Source: an uncultured Gammaproteobacteria bacterium (GTDB taxonomy: Bacteria > Patescibacteriota > Microgenomatia > Levybacterales > UBA12049). From it: DNA of 64,000 nt. Of this stretch, positions 61,401 to 64,000 are shown piece after piece. Position 1 is the first letter of the stretch; the number at the start of each line of letters is the position of its first letter. The notes under the pieces are model-generated. The model was not told the origin of the DNA. It was given only the letters and a program-made list of their open reading frames with translations, and searched no databases. Position numbers and translations under genes: made by a program. The DNA is taken from assembly GCA_964474445.1 (NCBI GenBank), contig CAYYSJ010000007.1, positions 3,112 through 67,111 of the forward strand. Direction: 5' to 3'.

Positions 61401-62411
61401 ATGAAAATTAACACATATGCTGCATATGCCCCAAAAGAAGAATTAAAAAGTTTTTCCTATGAAAGAACTCCCAGAGAAAATGAAATAGTCGTGTCTATAA
61501 ACTCATGTAGTTTAACCAGAGGGGATATTAGGTTTATTGATAATTACTGGAATGATACTCAGTATCCCATGGTACCAGGTCTTGAGATAGTCGGAAGAGT
61601 TACTGAGATTGGTAAAGATGTGAAAGAAATTAAAATAGGAGACGTAGTTGGGATTGGTTACCAAATAGAATCATGTTTTACATGTGAATATTGTTTGGTT
61701 GGAAAAGAACAGTTTTGTCTCAAGCAAAAACTTATTCCTGTTCATGGGTATGGAGGATTGGCAGACACTATAATAGTTGATTATAGATTTGCTTTTAGGA
61801 TGCCAGAAAATTTACAATCTCCTGAGTCAACGCCACTTCTATGTGCTGGTCTCACACCGTATGCAGCAATTAAAAAATGCAATGTAAAATCTGGCATGAA
61901 TGTAGGTGTTATAGGAATTGGTAGTCTTGGGCACTTTGCAATTCAATTCCTAAGCAAAATGGGATGCAAGGTAACAGCCTTTTCTCACACAATGGATAAA
62001 TCAGAAGACCTTAAAAAATTAGGTGCGAGTAGTATTATTCTTTCAACTGATGAACACGCATTGCAAAAATTGGAAAGACAATATGATTTCATCATTTCAA
62101 CATCAGCTGGTAATTTATCCTGGGAAAAATTTATTAAGATACTCAAGCCAGAAGGTATTTTGTGCTTTGTAGGATTACCTCCAGAACCCATTTCTTTCAA
62201 AGCGGAGTTACTCGCTGACTTTGCACAAAAGAGTATCGTAGGTAATTACATAGGTAGCAGAGAAGACATGAAAGATATGCTTACCTTTGCTTCGAAACAT
62301 AGCATTAAATCCATGGCTGAAATATTCCCAATGGAAAAAGTTAATGATGCTATTGCAAAAATGAGAAAATATGAAATCCCATTTAGCTTAGTTCTCACAA
62401 GAGACTCCTAG
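61401..62411 (+). CDS. MDR-family (cinnamyl-alcohol-dehydrogenase-like) oxidoreductase
   Basis: Structural Zn motif C..C..C.......C, LLCAG, GIGSLG. Confidence 0.88.
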   Translation: MKINTYAAYAPKEELKSFSYERTPRENEIVVSINSCSLTRGDIRFIDNYWNDTQYPMVPGLEIVGRVTEIGKDVKEIKIGDVVGIGYQIESCFTCEYCLVGKEQFCLKQKLIPVHGYGGLADTIIVDYRFAFRMPENLQSPESTPLLCAGLTPYAAIKKCNVKSGMNVGVIGIGSLGHFAIQFLSKMGCKVTAFSHTMDKSEDLKKLGASSIILSTDEHALQKLERQYDFIISTSAGNLSWEKFIKILKPEGILCFVGLPPEPISFKAELLADFAQKSIVGNYIGSREDMKDMLTFASKHSIKSMAEIFPMEKVNDAIAKMRKYEIPFSLVLTRDS

Positions 62412-62414
62412 ATA

Positions 62415-62470
62415 GGTTCGAATCCACGAGGCTGAAGATTTTGCTGGGGATAATGGAGTACAGTAGAACC
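62415..62470 (+). repeat. Symmetric 56-bp att-like site
   Basis: GGTTCGAATCC...TTGCTGGGGA...GTAGAACC; terminal GGTTC/GAACC inverted repeat. Confidence 0.6.
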
Positions 62471-62537
62471 ACTCTTGCCTCCAATTCTAGTCAAACAAAT
62501 TAGTTCTCTGCGGAATTTTTCATGATATAATACTCTC

Positions 62538-62608
62538 GATGCGGTCGCCGAGTTGTCAGGCATCTGTCCGCAAGACAGAGGACACAGGTTCAGCGCCTGT
62601 CCGCATCT
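62538..62608 (+). tRNA. Atypical tRNA-Cys(GCA)-like RNA
   Basis: Cloverleaf stems GATGCGG/CCGCATC, GCC/GGC, TCTGT/ACAGA, ACAGG/CCTGT; anticodon GCA, U73; G18, U33 and A58 substituted. Confidence 0.8.
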
Positions 62609-62616
62609 CAAGTTTT

Positions 62617-63594
62617 ATGACACCACAAGAATATATTCTTTCAACACTAGAAGCACTAAAAGCCCCTGTCCAAATAGAAGATATTGGCAATACTTCCTTT
62701 GAGGATGCAATTTATTCGAAAGTTATGTCGAAAAAATTTCGTAAACTCAAACCAGGCGAAGATGCAGTAAGACTTACCAAACAAGCAATCCAACGTCTCG
62801 TTAAAGACAATAAGCCAATCAGAATTTTTGAGATGTTTGGCGGTAACAAACTTTGGCGATTTGAAGAAGCACCTGAAATTGACTGGGCAGAACTTTTTAG
62901 CTTTACCTACTTTGCACAATGGGCAAGACTTATTGCAAGCGTGTATAAACCAGGAGTCATTTTTGAATATTTTTCTCAGGATATTTCTGTTGAAAGACTT
63001 AATAATATTCCACGAATTGAAACAGATAAATATAGCGAAACATTTCGCTCAATGCTTAAGTTTGTTAAACCATATCTACCAGAAAATGTACAATTTATTT
63101 ATACCCGTCATTATGATTTATTTAAAAACCCTAACGATTACTATAAAGAGATAGAGGAAGCTAAGCAAGAACTTCTTAAACAGAATAATGGCAAACTTCC
63201 AGAAATGACAGACGCTATGAAAGCTGCAACTGAATTAAACGTAAAATTAAAGCCTGGACAAAACAATGATCCACAATGGCGGGAAAAGGTCGAATTGGAA
63301 CATCAAGCAATCTTTATAACACCAACTTTAAAGAAAGTTTCTGATGATCCAGCGAAGATTTGGACATGCCCCACATATTATTCTGATTCTGTAGTAACAG
63401 GAAGCACCAAAAGATCTTATGCCAAATTTTGGGCAGGCATTGGTGCGTTACAAAAAGAAGGAAATAGTTTTGCAGAGTTAGTTTTAACTCCTAGACAGTT
63501 AGAATCTGCAGAATTTGATTGGGAAGAAGTTAGTATACCAGGACTTGAAGGTAAAAATTTTAAAAGAGTACGGATGTTAAAAAAGCCTCTATAA
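62617..63594 (+). CDS. Uncharacterised enzyme, possibly a remote PvcA/Dit1 (isocyanide synthase)-like fold
   Basis: Start at MTPQEY after the tRNA; FGGNK...PEIDWAELF...IASVYKPG..F.YFSQD pattern. Confidence 0.6.
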   Translation: MTPQEYILSTLEALKAPVQIEDIGNTSFEDAIYSKVMSKKFRKLKPGEDAVRLTKQAIQRLVKDNKPIRIFEMFGGNKLWRFEEAPEIDWAELFSFTYFAQWARLIASVYKPGVIFEYFSQDISVERLNNIPRIETDKYSETFRSMLKFVKPYLPENVQFIYTRHYDLFKNPNDYYKEIEEAKQELLKQNNGKLPEMTDAMKAATELNVKLKPGQNNDPQWREKVELEHQAIFITPTLKKVSDDPAKIWTCPTYYSDSVVTGSTKRSYAKFWAGIGALQKEGNSFAELVLTPRQLESAEFDWEEVSIPGLEGKNFKRVRMLKKPL

Positions 63595-63664
63595 ATTTAC
63601 CTCAGGTTCTAACCAGTCTATGAAAGGTACTTGAGATTAGGCTGTCTTATTAGACTAAATTCAA

Positions 63665-63742
63665 TTGCTGGCGGACATAGATGCTATTCGAACTTTTTAT
63701 ATAACTACTCAAGAGCAATTCTATATACCGAATTATGTTTAA
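63665..63742 (+). repeat. att-like scar encoding a start-less peptide, copy 2
   Basis: LLADIDAIRTFYITTQEQFYIPNYV*; 17/25 aa identical to copy 1. Confidence 0.8.
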
Positions 63743-63999
63743 TTAATGTTTTTTAAATCTTCTTGTGTGCTAATAAAACCAGCAATTGGAGTGTCAGTAA
63801 ATTCATCTTTACTATTGAACCCATTTATTAAAACGAAACAACTCATATTTGCGTTGAGTGCCGACTGTACCCCAACCATTGTATCCTCAATAACAACACA
63901 TTCTGATGGTTCTACTTGTAGTTCTTCTGCAGATTTGAGGTATATCTCTGGGTCAGGTTTATGATGAGCTACATCTTCCTTGCAAATTATTGATTTGAA
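63739..63999 (-). CDS. C-terminal part of a HAD-family phosphatase (enters from window edge)
   Basis: Manual translation ..EDVAHHKPDPEIYL..ECVVIEDT..GVQSA.. Confidence 0.88.
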   Translation of the reverse strand, partial: FKSIICKEDVAHHKPDPEIYLKSAEELQVEPSECVVIEDTMVGVQSALNANMSCFVLINGFNSKDEFTDTPIAGFISTQEDLKNIN

Positions 64000-64000
64000 T

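Noticed and set aside
61286-62425. Two GGTTCGAATCC motifs as tRNA genes
   Set aside because: No cloverleaf around either; treated as parts of att-like scars.
62539-62616. N-terminal extension of the 351-aa ORF in the track
   Set aside because: It overlaps the tRNA-like cloverleaf; ATG 62617 is the more plausible start.
59432-63742. CRISPR array or classical attC integron
   Set aside because: Repeats are degenerate and ~1 kb apart; no cas or intI gene; no RYYYAAC...GTTRRRY hairpins recognised.

Overview
AT-rich bacterial chromosome segment in standard genetic code. The gene content (class F sortase, LCP and LytR_C proteins, DUF5667/DUF5666 protein, no outer-membrane genes seen) suggests a monoderm, probably CPR/Patescibacteria (Microgenomates-like); this taxonomy is inference. 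From left to right: Lon protease with a CIRCE-like box; MgtE-N/CBS plus NRAMP pair; a glycosyltransferase, micro-peptide and sortase locus; RarA; trehalase and two glycogen-debranching-like hydrolases; a 10-gene ADP-heptose/GT9 operon; SOD; a kinase and phosphatase; a two-component system with a 1314-aa repeat surface protein; a metal-transport cluster with an M-box riboswitch; and a variable right end. The strongest unexplained signal is at ~59.4-63.8 kb. Small cargo modules there are separated by repeated att-like scars, two of which encode the same start-less peptide under apparent purifying selection, consistent with serial serine-recombinase integration at a tRNA-Gln 3' end. One module carries a non-canonical tRNA-Cys-like RNA directly ahead of an uncharacterised enzyme. 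All calls are from motif recognition by eye; no database searches were run.
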